From: Hyphomicrobiales bacterium
GTDB taxonomy: Bacteria > Pseudomonadota > Alphaproteobacteria > Rhizobiales > Aestuariivirgaceae
DNA length: 64,000 nt
Assembly: GCA_046349195.1 (NCBI GenBank)
Contig: JAXMCU010000010.1
Location: 42,274 to 106,273, forward strand
Reading direction: 5' to 3'
Shown: piece after piece, positions 1 to 9,334 of the stretch
How positions within the stretch are numbered: the first letter of the stretch is position 1
How the letters are laid out: every line of letters begins with the position of its first letter
The notes under the pieces: generated by a model
Told to the model about the DNA's origin: nothing
Database searches by the model: none
Seen by the model: the letters and a program-made list of their open reading frames with translations, nothing else
Program-made: the position numbers and the translations under genes

Positions 1-659
1 CGACGGTTGGCGGCAACCAGCCGATCAAGACCAATGTCAGGATCATCGCGGCCACACATCGTGACCTGCGCCAGCTGATCAACCAGGGCCAGTTTCGCGA
101 GGACCTGTTCTACCGCCTCAATGTGGTGCCGCTCCGCCTGCCGCCGCTGCGCGAGCGCAGCGAGGACATTCCCGACCTTGTGCGGCATTTCCTGTCGCTT
201 GCAGTCAAGGAGGGCCTGCCGCGGAAGGAGGTTGCCGCCGAGGCCATTGCCCGGCTGCAGCAGCATCGCTGGCCGGGAAACATCCGCGAACTGGAAAACC
301 TTCTGCGCCGGCTGGTCGCCATCGACATCGACGACACGATCACGATCCAGGCGGTGGAGCGCGAACTGGCAAGCGCTCCTGCGCAGGTCAAGGTCGACAC
401 GGCTGAGATATCCACCGGCAGCCTGCCGGAGTTCATGGAAAACTACCTGGCCCGCTATTTCGCCGGTTTTGGCCAGACGCTGCCGCCGTCTGGACTCTAC
501 GAACGCATCCTCGCCGAAGTGGAACCGGCGCTCCTGCGGGCCTCGCTGGCCGCCACCTCCGGAAACCAGCTGCGGGCCGCCGAACTCCTCGGAATCAACC
601 GCAATACGCTGCGGGTGAAATTGCGCGAGCGGAACGTCAAGGTTATCCGCGGCCTATAG
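1..659 (+). CDS. ntrC: Nitrogen regulation protein NtrC, sigma-54-dependent response regulator (5'-truncated by window edge; reading frame starts at nt 3)
   Basis: The frame translates as ...[50 protein letters not shown]..., the end of a sigma-54 AAA+ module. A C-terminal Fis-type HTH follows ([23 protein letters not shown]). It lies directly upstream of ntrY and ntrX. Confidence 0.85.
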   Translation, partial: TVGGNQPIKTNVRIIAATHRDLRQLINQGQFREDLFYRLNVVPLRLPPLRERSEDIPDLVRHFLSLAVKEGLPRKEVAAEAIARLQQHRWPGNIRELENLLRRLVAIDIDDTITIQAVERELASAPAQVKVDTAEISTGSLPEFMENYLARYFAGFGQTLPPSGLYERILAEVEPALLRASLAATSGNQLRAAELLGINRNTLRVKLRERNVKVIRGL

Positions 660-683
660 CACTGTCGCAACTCTGCCACATTT

Positions 684-720
684 ACTGTTGATTTCATGCA
701 ACAGTTGATCTGAACTGTTG
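684..720. repeat. ACTGTTG heptamer motif: direct copies at 684-690 and 714-720, inverted copy CAACAGT at 699-705; related ACTGTCG at 661-667
   Basis: Read directly in the 63-bp ntrC-ntrY spacer. Copies 684-690 and 699-705 can form a 7-bp hairpin with an 8-nt loop. Confidence 0.5.
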
Positions 721-722
721 CC

Positions 723-2936
723 ATGGCCGAGCGCCCGACATCATCCTTGTCCTCAAGGCTCCGCCGCCTGACCGGCTGGGTTGCCTTCGTGCTTGTCGTG
801 CTGGGCGTCCTTTGCGGCGTGGCCACCTTCGCCATCCTCACCGGGCTGACGCCGCTCAAGCCGACGGCCCAGACAACCATGCTGCTGCTGGTGCTGAACG
901 GCATCGTCATGGCCGTCATGGCGCTGCTGATCATCGGCCAGCTCTTCTTCCTGGTGTCCGAACGCCGCCAGGGAACGCCGGGGGCAGGGCTGCATCTCAG
1001 GCTTGTCGGCCTGTTCAGCGCCATCGCCATCATTCCCGCAATCCTGGTGGCGGTCTTCGCCTCGGTGACTCTGAGCCGCGGTCTGGATGCCTGGTTCTCG
1101 GAGCGCACGCGGGCGATCGTCGATGCCGCGGTCAATGTCGCCGAGGCCTATCTGCGCGACCATGCCGAGGCCACGCGCGGCGACGTGGCCGCCATTTCGA
1201 GCGACCTGACCCAGAACAAGACCATGTATGACAGCGACAGGCCCTCCTTCGTGCGGCGCGTTGCGCGCCATGCCGCGCTGCGTGGGCTGGCCGGTGTCTT
1301 CGTCTTCAACCCCGAGGTGAAGCGGATCGACGTGAAGGTCACTGCCAATGACAAGGTCCAGTTCTTCGCGCCGACGGATGCCCAGATCGAAGAGGCAAAG
1401 AAGGGCGAATTGCTCGTCATCCAGCCGGGCGTGGGCGGTAACGTGGTGCGGGCGTTGATCAAGCTGCCGGAATTCGACAACGAGTATCTCTACGTCTATC
1501 GGGTCGTGAATCCGTCGGTGATCGATCAGCTGCAGAAGACGCGCGAAGCCAAGCAGGAATATGATCGGCTCATGTCGCAGCGGCTCGGCGTTCAGCTGAC
1601 CTTCGCGCTCATGTACGGCGTGGTGAGCTTCGTGTTCCTGCTCGCGGCCATCTGGACGGGGCTGTGGTTCTCGGACCGTCTGGTGGCACCCATCGTGCGC
1701 CTGCTCGATGCCTCGCGCCGGGTGACAGCCGGCCAGCTCGACGCCAAGGTGGATGTTATCGAGGGCCCTCCCGACCTTCAGACCCTTTCGAGCACATTCA
1801 ACCTCATGACCGGGCGCATCAAGCGCCAGCGCGACGAACTGGTGGAGGCGAACGAGATCGTCGACAACCGCCGCCGGTTCACCGAGGCGATGCTGGCCGG
1901 CGTCAGTGCCGGCGTGATCGGCATCGACCCGGGCGGGCACATCTCGCTCGTCAACCGTTCGGCGGTGAACCTCCTGGCCATGGCCGAAACCGACCTGATG
2001 GGTCAGCCGGCGGATACGGCACTGCCCGGATTCAAGTCGGTCTTCGAGCAGGCCATGTCGCGACCTTCGGGTTTCGCGGAAGGGCAGGTCGACATCCAGG
2101 TTCATGGCGAGAACCGCAGTTTCTTTGCGCGGGTCACGACTGAATCCGCGGAAGCCGAGCAACACGGCCACGTGCTGACCTTTGACGACATCACCGACCT
2201 GGTGTCGGCACAACGCAACTCGGCCTGGGCCGATATTGCCCGGCGGATCGCGCATGAAATCAAGAATCCGCTGACGCCCATCCAGCTCTCGGCCGAGCGG
2301 CTCAAGCGCAAGTACAGCAAGCAGATCATCAGCGACAAGCAGATCTTCGACCAGTGCACCGACACGATCATCAGGCAAGTGGGCGACATCGGCCGGATGG
2401 TGGATGAATTCTCATCGTTCGCGCGAATGCCTTCGGCCGCGCCGGAGCCGCAGAATCTGGCGGCGGTCGTGCGCGAGGCGACCGTGCTGCAGCGCGTGTC
2501 CTCGTCCGACATCGACATTGAACTCGACGTGCGCGGCGGGGAGTTCGTGTTTCCCTTCGATCGCCGCCTGATCACCCAGGGCATCACCAATCTCGTCAAG
2601 AACGCGCGTGAGGCGATCGAGGGACGGCAGCAGACGCGGCCGGAGCCGCGTGGCCGGATTCTCGTCGAAGCCGGCATCGATGACGGGCATCCCTTCGTGC
2701 GGGTCACGGACAATGGTGTCGGATTGCCCAAGGAAAACCGCCACCGCCTGGCGGAACCCTACATGACGACGCGCGAGAAGGGGACTGGCCTTGGTCTCGC
2801 CATCGTCAAGCGCATCATGGAGGAACATGGCGGGCGCCTGGTGCTGGACGATGCGTCGCCCGACGGCGGCGAGACCGGCGCGAAGGTCACGCTGATCTTC
2901 GACAAGGTGCCGGTCACAATGGAAGAAGCGGTATGA
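723..2936 (+). CDS. ntrY: Sensor histidine kinase NtrY
   Basis: 737 aa. N-terminal TM helices are followed by HAMP/PAS-like segments, an H-box (HEIKNPLTPIQLSAERL) and G-boxes (DNGVGLP, GTGLGLAIVKRI). Position between ntrC and ntrX fits. Confidence 0.9.
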   Translation: MAERPTSSLSSRLRRLTGWVAFVLVVLGVLCGVATFAILTGLTPLKPTAQTTMLLLVLNGIVMAVMALLIIGQLFFLVSERRQGTPGAGLHLRLVGLFSAIAIIPAILVAVFASVTLSRGLDAWFSERTRAIVDAAVNVAEAYLRDHAEATRGDVAAISSDLTQNKTMYDSDRPSFVRRVARHAALRGLAGVFVFNPEVKRIDVKVTANDKVQFFAPTDAQIEEAKKGELLVIQPGVGGNVVRALIKLPEFDNEYLYVYRVVNPSVIDQLQKTREAKQEYDRLMSQRLGVQLTFALMYGVVSFVFLLAAIWTGLWFSDRLVAPIVRLLDASRRVTAGQLDAKVDVIEGPPDLQTLSSTFNLMTGRIKRQRDELVEANEIVDNRRRFTEAMLAGVSAGVIGIDPGGHISLVNRSAVNLLAMAETDLMGQPADTALPGFKSVFEQAMSRPSGFAEGQVDIQVHGENRSFFARVTTESAEAEQHGHVLTFDDITDLVSAQRNSAWADIARRIAHEIKNPLTPIQLSAERLKRKYSKQIISDKQIFDQCTDTIIRQVGDIGRMVDEFSSFARMPSAAPEPQNLAAVVREATVLQRVSSSDIDIELDVRGGEFVFPFDRRLITQGITNLVKNAREAIEGRQQTRPEPRGRILVEAGIDDGHPFVRVTDNGVGLPKENRHRLAEPYMTTREKGTGLGLAIVKRIMEEHGGRLVLDDASPDGGETGAKVTLIFDKVPVTMEEAV

Positions 2937-2948
2937 TGGGGATTGTTG

Positions 2949-4334
2949 ATGGCTGCTGATATCCTGATCGTTGACGACGAGACAGATATCCGGGAACTGA
3001 TCGCCGGCATCCTGCAGGACGAGGGCTATGAGACCCGCCTCGCCCACAACAGCGATTCGGCATTGTCGGAAGTTGCCGCGCGCCGGCCCTCGCTGATCAT
3101 CCTCGACATCTGGCTCATGGGGTCAAGACTCGATGGCCTCGATCTCCTGAATGTCATCAAGGAACAACATCCCGAGGTGCCCGTGGTCATCATCTCGGGT
3201 CATGGCAACATCGAGACCGCGGTCGCCGCCATCAAGCGCGGCGCCTACGAATACATCGAAAAGCCTTTCAAGGCTGACCGTCTGTTGCTCGTCGTTGGAC
3301 GCGCACTGGAGACATCGCGCCTCAAGCGCGAGAACGAGACGCTGAAGGGCAAGGCGGGGGCGGATACCGACCTGCTGGGGTCGTCCAATGCCATGCGCCA
3401 GCTTCGGCAGCTTCTCAAGAAGATCGCGCCAGCCAACAGCCGGGTTCTGATCAGCGGGCCCATGGGCGCGGGGAAGGAGCTTGCGGCCCGGGTCCTGCAT
3501 TCCATGTCGCTGCGCGCCAATGGTCCCTTCGTGACGCTCAGCGCGGCGACCATGGCGCCCGAGCGAATGGAGGAGGAACTCTTCGGCATCGAGGACGACG
3601 AGGGCGCGGCGCGGCGGGTGGGAGCGCTGGAGGAAGCGCATGGCGGAACCCTCTACATCGACGAGCTTGCCGACATGCCGCTCGAAACCCAGGGCAAGGT
3701 GCTTCGGGTTCTGGTCGACCAGACGTTCCAGCGTGTTGGCGGCTCAAAGAAGGTGAAGGTGGACGTTCGCGTTGTCTCGTCGACCAGCCGTGATCTTCCC
3801 GGCCTCATCACGGACGGGCGCTTCCGGGAGGATCTCTATCACCGGTTGGGCGTGGTGCCGGTTCGCGTGCCGGGCCTGTCCGAGCGCCGGGAGGACATTC
3901 CGGAACTGATCGATCATTTCGGGCGGATCTATTCGTTGACATCCGGCCAGCCGGTCAGGCGATTTGCCAACGACGTCATCGCCATGTTCCAGACCCGCGA
4001 CTGGCCGGGCAATGTGCGCGAGCTCAAGAACAACGTGGAACGCTTCATGATCCTGGCCGCAGGCGAGGCGGCCAGCGAGATCACGATGGACTCGCTTCCC
4101 GCGGATGCGGGCAACCTGGCCTCGGCGAGCGGCACGGGCATCGAGCACCTGCTGGTCTATCCGCTGCGCGAGGCCCGCGAGGCCTTCGAGCGGGACTATA
4201 TCGCGGCCCAGCTTTCGCGCTTCGGCGGGAACATCTCGAAAACGTCCCAATTCATCGGCATGGAGAGATCGGCCCTGCACCGGAAGATCAAACTGCTCGG
4301 CCTTTCTGCACGTAACGAGGAAGAACCCGCCTGA
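2949..4334 (+). CDS. ntrX: Response regulator NtrX (receiver + AAA+ + Fis HTH)
   Basis: Receiver (DILIVDDE...DIWL), Walker A (GPMGAGKE), Walker B (GGTLYIDEL) and HTH (ISKTSQFIGMERSALHRKIK). The first ATG is at 2949; the ORF track starts at TTG 2943. The GAFTGA loop is absent (ELFGIEDDEGAARRVGALEEA). Confidence 0.9.
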   Translation: MAADILIVDDETDIRELIAGILQDEGYETRLAHNSDSALSEVAARRPSLIILDIWLMGSRLDGLDLLNVIKEQHPEVPVVIISGHGNIETAVAAIKRGAYEYIEKPFKADRLLLVVGRALETSRLKRENETLKGKAGADTDLLGSSNAMRQLRQLLKKIAPANSRVLISGPMGAGKELAARVLHSMSLRANGPFVTLSAATMAPERMEEELFGIEDDEGAARRVGALEEAHGGTLYIDELADMPLETQGKVLRVLVDQTFQRVGGSKKVKVDVRVVSSTSRDLPGLITDGRFREDLYHRLGVVPVRVPGLSERREDIPELIDHFGRIYSLTSGQPVRRFANDVIAMFQTRDWPGNVRELKNNVERFMILAAGEAASEITMDSLPADAGNLASASGTGIEHLLVYPLREAREAFERDYIAAQLSRFGGNISKTSQFIGMERSALHRKIKLLGLSARNEEEPA

Positions 4335-4409
4335 CCCTGCGGAATTTGGCAATCAGCGGTTTTATGATACCCTGAACCGGCTTAACTGGCCCGAAAAAGA
4401 GAAAAGCAA

Positions 4410-4655
4410 ATGGCCCAAGAAAAACAGCAAAATCTTCAGGACACGTTCCTGAACCACGTGCGCAAGCAGAAGATTCCCGTGACCGTCTTCCTGGTCAACG
4501 GCGTCAAACTTCAGGGCGTGATCACCTGGTTCGACAATTTCTGCGTGCTGCTGCGCCGGGATGGCATGTCGCAGCTGGTCTACAAGCACGCGATCTCGAC
4601 CATCATGCCCGGCGGGCCGATCAGCCTGTTTGACGAGGAATCGGCGGGACATTGA
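4410..4655 (+). CDS. hfq: RNA chaperone Hfq
   Basis: 81 aa. Canonical Sm1/Sm2 sequence: [59 protein letters not shown]. Confidence 0.97.
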   Translation: MAQEKQQNLQDTFLNHVRKQKIPVTVFLVNGVKLQGVITWFDNFCVLLRRDGMSQLVYKHAISTIMPGGPISLFDEESAGH

Positions 4656-6034
4656 GCACTGGGAAGCGTTCCAGGCCCGGCAGCGGCGTCGATTTCCAGA
4701 TCGAGGGCCCTGCGGCGACGCGGGCGATTGTTCTGCACGTCGAGCGCCGCGACCGCACGGCAAGAGCCACCGTCGACCGCGATGCTGCGGCGAAGCTGGA
4801 GGAGGCCGTGGGCCTTGCCCTGGCCATCGATCTCGAGATCATCGACAGCGTGATCGTGCCGCTGGCGACACCGCGGCCTGCCACCCTGATCGGGACCGGA
4901 AAAGTCGACGAGATTGCCACGCTGGTGGAGCGCGACGAGGCCGAACTGGTGGTCGTCAACGCCCAGCTATCTCCCATCCAGCAGCGCAATCTTGAAAAGG
5001 CCTGGGGGGCGAAGGTTCTCGACCGTACTGGCCTCATTCTCGAGATCTTCGGACGGCGGGCCAGCACCAGCGAAGGCGTGCTTCAGGTCGAACTGGCGCA
5101 TTTGCAATATCAGAAGAGCCGGCTGGTTCGGTCCTGGACCCATCTGGAGCGCCAGCGGGGCGGTTTCGGGTTCCTGGGCGGCCCGGGCGAAAGCCAGCTG
5201 GAGGCCGACCGACGGATCATCCAGGAACGCATCACCAAGATCGAGCGCCAGCTGGAATCGGTGGTGAAGACCCGCGACCTGCATCGCAAGGGCAGGGCGC
5301 GCGTGCCCTATCCGGTGGTCGCACTGGTCGGCTACACCAATGCCGGCAAGTCCACGCTTTTCAACCGCGTGAGCGGAGCGGAGGTGCTGGCCAAGGACCT
5401 GCTCTTCGCCACGCTCGATCCCACCATGCGCGTGGTCGCGCTGCCGCACGGGCGCAAGGTGATCCTGTCGGATACCGTGGGCTTCATCTCCGATCTGCCA
5501 ACGGCGCTGATCGCGGCCTTCCGGGCGACGCTCGAGGAGGTGCTGGAGGCCGACGTCATCCTCCATGTCCGCGATGTCAGCCATGCCGATAGCGATGCGC
5601 AGGCCGCAGACGTCAACCGGGTGCTGGACGAACTGGGCCTCGACGAGGTCCGCCGCGGCCAGATCATCGAGGTGTGGAACAAGCTCGACCGCCTGTCTCC
5701 GGAGGAACGCCTGGCCCGCGAGGCCCAGGCCCTGCGCAAGCCCGATTGCGTGCTGGTTTCGGCGCTGACGGGCGAGGGGCTGGACCAGCTGCTGACGGCG
5801 ATCGAGAACCGCCTGGGGGCGGAGGACGCGGTCTATGAGGTCTTCCTCGATCCGTCGGATGGCAAGGGACTCGCCTGGCTGCATGAGCGTGGCGAGGTGC
5901 TGCAGCGCCAGACCTATCAGGATGGCCGGACCGGCGTTTCGGTGCGGCTCACAAGCGAGCGGGCCGGGCAGGCCGCGGCGCGTTTCGGCAAGGCCCTGCG
6001 CCTGCTCGACCCGCGCCGGGCCGCCGCCGAGTAG
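4652..6034 (+). CDS. hflX: GTPase HflX
   Basis: G1 ([12 protein letters not shown]), G3 (DTVGF) and G4 (NKLD) motifs, plus hfq-hflX synteny. The proposed TTG start at 4652 overlaps the hfq stop, so the start is uncertain. Confidence 0.88.
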   Translation: MSTGKRSRPGSGVDFQIEGPAATRAIVLHVERRDRTARATVDRDAAAKLEEAVGLALAIDLEIIDSVIVPLATPRPATLIGTGKVDEIATLVERDEAELVVVNAQLSPIQQRNLEKAWGAKVLDRTGLILEIFGRRASTSEGVLQVELAHLQYQKSRLVRSWTHLERQRGGFGFLGGPGESQLEADRRIIQERITKIERQLESVVKTRDLHRKGRARVPYPVVALVGYTNAGKSTLFNRVSGAEVLAKDLLFATLDPTMRVVALPHGRKVILSDTVGFISDLPTALIAAFRATLEEVLEADVILHVRDVSHADSDAQAADVNRVLDELGLDEVRRGQIIEVWNKLDRLSPEERLAREAQALRKPDCVLVSALTGEGLDQLLTAIENRLGAEDAVYEVFLDPSDGKGLAWLHERGEVLQRQTYQDGRTGVSVRLTSERAGQAAARFGKALRLLDPRRAAAE

Positions 6035-6054
6035 CCGACGTCCCCGGTTCTTCG

Positions 6055-6846
6055 CTACTTGCCCTGGCGCTTGGCTTCGTCCCAGAACCCGTCCATTTCC
6101 TCGAGCGTGGAGTCCCTGGGGCTTCGCCCAATTTCGGCGAGACGGGCTTCGATGTGGGCGAAGCGGCGCTCGAACTTGGCATTGGCGGCGCGCAGCGCTG
6201 TCTCCGGGTCGATGTCCAGATGGCGCCCGACGTTGGCGAGGGCAAAGAGCAGGTCGCCATACTCTTCGGCCTTCTTTTCATCGGGGGCGGCGCGGAACTC
6301 GGCCACCTCCTCGGCGATCTTGTCATAGACGTTGTCCACCGAAGGCCAGTCGAAGCCGACCTTGGCGGCTTTGGCCTGGAGCTTCACGGCGCGGGTGAGC
6401 GCGGGCAGGGCGAGGGGAACAGAGTCGAGGGTGCCCTGCCTTGGCTTGCCGGCCCGCTCCTTCGCCTTCATGTCCTCCCAGAATCCCTTGGCCAGCTCGG
6501 CCGACCGGGCGTCGGCATCACCGAAGACGTGAGGATGGCGGCGGATCATCTTGCGGCAGACCGCGTCCACCACATCGTCGAAGGTGAAGCTCCCTTCCTC
6601 CTCGGCCATCTGTGCATGGTAGACAGCCTGGAGCAGGAGATCCCCCAGTTCCTCGCAGAGATCGGCGCGGGATCCTGAGGCGATGGCGTCGGCCACCTCA
6701 TAGGCTTCCTCGATGGTGTAGGGAGCGATGCTCTCGAAATCCTGCTCAAGATCCCAGGGGCAGCCCGTGACGGGCGTTCGCAGCGCCCGCATGATGGCGC
6801 GGAGGGTTTCGATGCGGCGCGGGTCCATGTCGGCTGGATTGGTCAT
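6055..6846 (-). CDS. mazG: Nucleoside triphosphate pyrophosphohydrolase MazG
   Basis: 263 aa from ATG 6846 (MTNPADMDPRRIETLRAIMRALRTPVTGCPWDLEQDFESIAPYTIEEAYEVADAI...). Tandem MazG-type EExxE/D motifs are present. The longer ORF-track version (to 7482) is antisense to the neighbouring gene. Confidence 0.85.
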   Translation of the reverse strand: MTNPADMDPRRIETLRAIMRALRTPVTGCPWDLEQDFESIAPYTIEEAYEVADAIASGSRADLCEELGDLLLQAVYHAQMAEEEGSFTFDDVVDAVCRKMIRRHPHVFGDADARSAELAKGFWEDMKAKERAGKPRQGTLDSVPLALPALTRAVKLQAKAAKVGFDWPSVDNVYDKIAEEVAEFRAAPDEKKAEEYGDLLFALANVGRHLDIDPETALRAANAKFERRFAHIEARLAEIGRSPRDSTLEEMDGFWDEAKRQGK

Positions 6847-6894
6847 GCGGAAAGCCCCTAGCCGATTTGCCGCCGCCCGGCTACTGACCTGTGC

Positions 6895-7641
6895 ATGACC
6901 GATGCGCTCTACCACGACCCGGCGCTCGCGCTGTTCTACGATTGCGAGAATGACTGGCGGGACGATTTGCGATTCTGCCAGGCTCTGGCGCAGGACAAGC
7001 ACGCGGTCCTCGACCTGGGCTGTGGCACCGGGCTGCTCGCGGCGTCCCTGGCCGGTGTGCGCGACGTCTACGGCGTCGATCCTGCAGAGGCCATGCTTGA
7101 TGTGGCCCGCGGACGGGCAGGCGGCGACCGTGTCACATGGGTCCATGCCGATGCGAGGGATGTGCGCCTTGGTCGCCGCTTCGACCTCATCGTCATGACC
7201 GGGCACGCCTTTCAGACCTTGCTGACCGACCAGGACCAGTACGCGGCCTGCCTGACCATGGCGGCTCACCTGGCGCCCGGCGGAACCTTCATCTTTGATT
7301 CCCGGAATCCGGCACGTGAAGAGTGGCGTGAGTGGACCCCGGAGGCCTCCGAACGTTCCTTCGTGCATCCCATGCTGGGGAGGATCCGGGCGTGGAACGA
7401 CGTCCGCTACGACACCGCGACCCAGGTGGTGACCTACGGAACATTCTACGAAGCAGGAGACGGTCGGCGGTGGCAGGCGCATTCGCCGATCCGCTTCGCA
7501 TCCATGACAGCCATCGACGCGCGCCTCCGGGAGGCGGGCCTCGCGCGGCAGCAGTGGCTGGGAGACTGGAATGGCAAGGAGTTCGAAGAGGGCGATGCGG
7601 AGATGATCGCCATCGGCAGTCTGGCTGTAAGGTCAGCCTGA
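6895..7641 (+). CDS. Class I SAM-dependent methyltransferase
   Basis: Motif I (VLDLGCGTGLL) and post-I (VYGVDPAEAML), with a downstream FDLIVMTGHAFQ. Substrate unknown. Confidence 0.75.
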   Translation: MTDALYHDPALALFYDCENDWRDDLRFCQALAQDKHAVLDLGCGTGLLAASLAGVRDVYGVDPAEAMLDVARGRAGGDRVTWVHADARDVRLGRRFDLIVMTGHAFQTLLTDQDQYAACLTMAAHLAPGGTFIFDSRNPAREEWREWTPEASERSFVHPMLGRIRAWNDVRYDTATQVVTYGTFYEAGDGRRWQAHSPIRFASMTAIDARLREAGLARQQWLGDWNGKEFEEGDAEMIAIGSLAVRSA

Positions 7642-7659
7642 CAATCCATCCATGATTCG

Positions 7660-7675
7660 CATAATATATATTATG
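7660..7675. repeat. Perfect 16-nt all-A/T-core palindrome CATAATATATATTATG in an AT-rich convergent spacer
   Basis: Read directly. It is flanked by near-identical direct repeats GACAATCCATCCA (7640-7652) and GACAATTCAATCCA (7703-7716). Confidence 0.9.
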
Positions 7676-7737
7676 GAATATTTCTGTCTGTCCAGATTCG
7701 TAGACAATTCAATCCAGTAGTCCGCGAACCTCGCGCG

Positions 7738-8532
7738 TCAGATCAGGAGCTGCAGCCCGTCATGAGCTGGCGTGACGCCGTCCGGCAGCTCGGCCTGCAG
7801 CGTGGCATAGTCGAGATCGACATGCAGGTTCGTCACGATGGCCCGCCCTGGCTTCAGGCGCTCGATCCAGTGCAGCGTCTCCGGCAGGCTGAAGTGACTG
7901 GGATGCGGCGTCCGCCGCAGCGCGTCGACGATCCACAGGTCGAGCCCTTCCAGCATCGGCAGGCTTTCGTCGGGAACGCCGTTCAGGTCCGGCGTGTAGG
8001 CGCAGGCGCCCATCCGGAAGCCAAGCGCGTCGATGTTGCCATGATGGACGCGGAACGGCGTCGCCAGGATGTCGCCGCCCGCGCCACCCACCGTGACCGG
8101 CGTCCCGGGCGTGAGACGGTTGAGGTTGAGGATCGGCGGATAGTCGCTGCCCGGCGCCGTGTAGAAGCAATAGGCAAAGCGCGACATGAGCATCTGGCCC
8201 GTGGCCTCGTCGGCCCAGACCTCGACCTTCCGACGGCGCAGCAGGAAGAAAGCCCGAAGCTCGTCGATGCCATGGGTGTGGTCGGCATGTTCATGCGTAT
8301 AGAGCACGCCATCGAGATCCGGCACCTCGGCCGCCAGCATCTGCTCGCGCATGTCGGGCGACGTGTCGATGAGCACATGAGTGCGACCGCCGGGGCCTTC
8401 GCGGGTCAGCAGCACGGAGCAGCGGCGGCGGCGGTTGCGAGGCTCGCCAGGATCGCATTGCCCCCAATCACCACCCACGCGCGGAACGCCCGCGGAAGAG
8501 CCACAGCCGAGGATGGTTAACTTCAGCGTCAT
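7738..8532 (-). CDS. MBL-fold metallo-hydrolase (PhnP-like family)
   Basis: HxHxDH motif (YTHEHADHTHG). 4-nt ATGA overlap with tatD upstream. Confidence 0.8.
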   Translation of the reverse strand: MTLKLTILGCGSSAGVPRVGGDWGQCDPGEPRNRRRRCSVLLTREGPGGRTHVLIDTSPDMREQMLAAEVPDLDGVLYTHEHADHTHGIDELRAFFLLRRRKVEVWADEATGQMLMSRFAYCFYTAPGSDYPPILNLNRLTPGTPVTVGGAGGDILATPFRVHHGNIDALGFRMGACAYTPDLNGVPDESLPMLEGLDLWIVDALRRTPHPSHFSLPETLHWIERLKPGRAIVTNLHVDLDYATLQAELPDGVTPAHDGLQLLI

Positions 8533-9332
8533 GCGGCCCTGACAAATTCAGCGGGCCGTGGCACCTTGGAAAAGAGCCGAAAGAAATTGTCACTCGTGAT
8601 CCTGGCCATGTCGTCGGCCGAGACGCCCTTGACCTGCGCGAGCGTCTCGAGCGTCTTCACCACGAAGGCTGGCTCGTTCTGCTTGCCGCGAAACGGTACC
8701 GGCGCCAGATATGGCGAGTCGGTCTCGACCAGCAACCGGTCCAGAGGCAAGGCGGCGGCCGTGGCGCGAAGGTCTTCGGCGGTCTTGTAGGTCAGGATGC
8801 CGGAGAAGGACACGTAGCCGCCCATGGCAATGGCCGCATCGGCCAGGTTCCGCTTCGATGTGAAGCAGTGGAGAAGGGGCGTGAAGGCCCCCTTCCCCAT
8901 CTCGTCCGTCAGGATCCGGATGGTGTCGTCCTCGGCCTCGCGGCTGTGGATGACGATCGGCAGGCCGGTGGCGCGGGCTGCGGCAATCTGGAGCCGAAAG
9001 CCCTGCTCCTGAGCCTCGCGCGAGCTGAATTGATAGTGATAGTCGAGGCCGGCCTCGCCGATCCCCACGACCTTGGGATGCGCCGCCAGTGCGACGAGGT
9101 CCGCCACCGTCACGTCGAGTTCTTCATGTGCGTTGTGCGGATGCGTTCCCACCGTGCAGAAGACGGTGGGGTTCTGCTCGGCGATGCGCCGCAGGTTGTC
9201 GAAGCTGCGAACGCGCGACGAGATCGACACCATGAGGCCCACGCCAGCAGCGGCGGCACGTTCCAGCACGAAGGGCAGCTGTGACTGCAGCATCTCGAAA
9301 TCGAGATGGCAGTGGCTGTCGACGACCTTCAT
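8529..9332 (-). CDS. tatD: TatD-family metal-dependent hydrolase/DNase
   Basis: N-terminal VDSHCHLDF plus downstream His/Asp ligand pattern. metG-tatD synteny. Confidence 0.88.
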   Translation of the reverse strand: MKVVDSHCHLDFEMLQSQLPFVLERAAAAGVGLMVSISSRVRSFDNLRRIAEQNPTVFCTVGTHPHNAHEELDVTVADLVALAAHPKVVGIGEAGLDYHYQFSSREAQEQGFRLQIAAARATGLPIVIHSREAEDDTIRILTDEMGKGAFTPLLHCFTSKRNLADAAIAMGGYVSFSGILTYKTAEDLRATAAALPLDRLLVETDSPYLAPVPFRGKQNEPAFVVKTLETLAQVKGVSADDMARITSDNFFRLFSKVPRPAEFVRAA

Positions 9333-9334
9333 GC

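Noticed and set aside
753-2378. Very long antisense ORFs. Examples: 753-2378(-) at 541 aa, 12516-13898(+), 26935-29127(-) at 730 aa, 34698-36467(+) at 589 aa, 39771-41630(+) at 619 aa and 62416-63963(-) at 515 aa. Many shorter ones also occur.
   Set aside because: Each lies opposite or out of frame to a gene with clear family motifs. Their translations are Arg/Gly/Pro/Ala/His-rich low-complexity strings typical of stop-codon-poor shadow frames in high-GC DNA. None shows a recognisable motif.
6847-7482. An N-terminal extension of the MazG ORF, giving 475 aa in the track.
   Set aside because: It is antisense to the well-supported methyltransferase gene. The MazG homology begins at the ATG at 6846.
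7652-7720. A 22-codon AT-rich mini-ORF (MIRIIYIMEYFCLSRFVDNSIQ) inside the AT-rich spacer, considered as a possible type I toxin-like peptide.
   Set aside because: It has no Shine-Dalgarno sequence, is extremely short and uses rare codons. An ORF of this size is expected by chance in AT-rich DNA. It cannot be supported without expression data.
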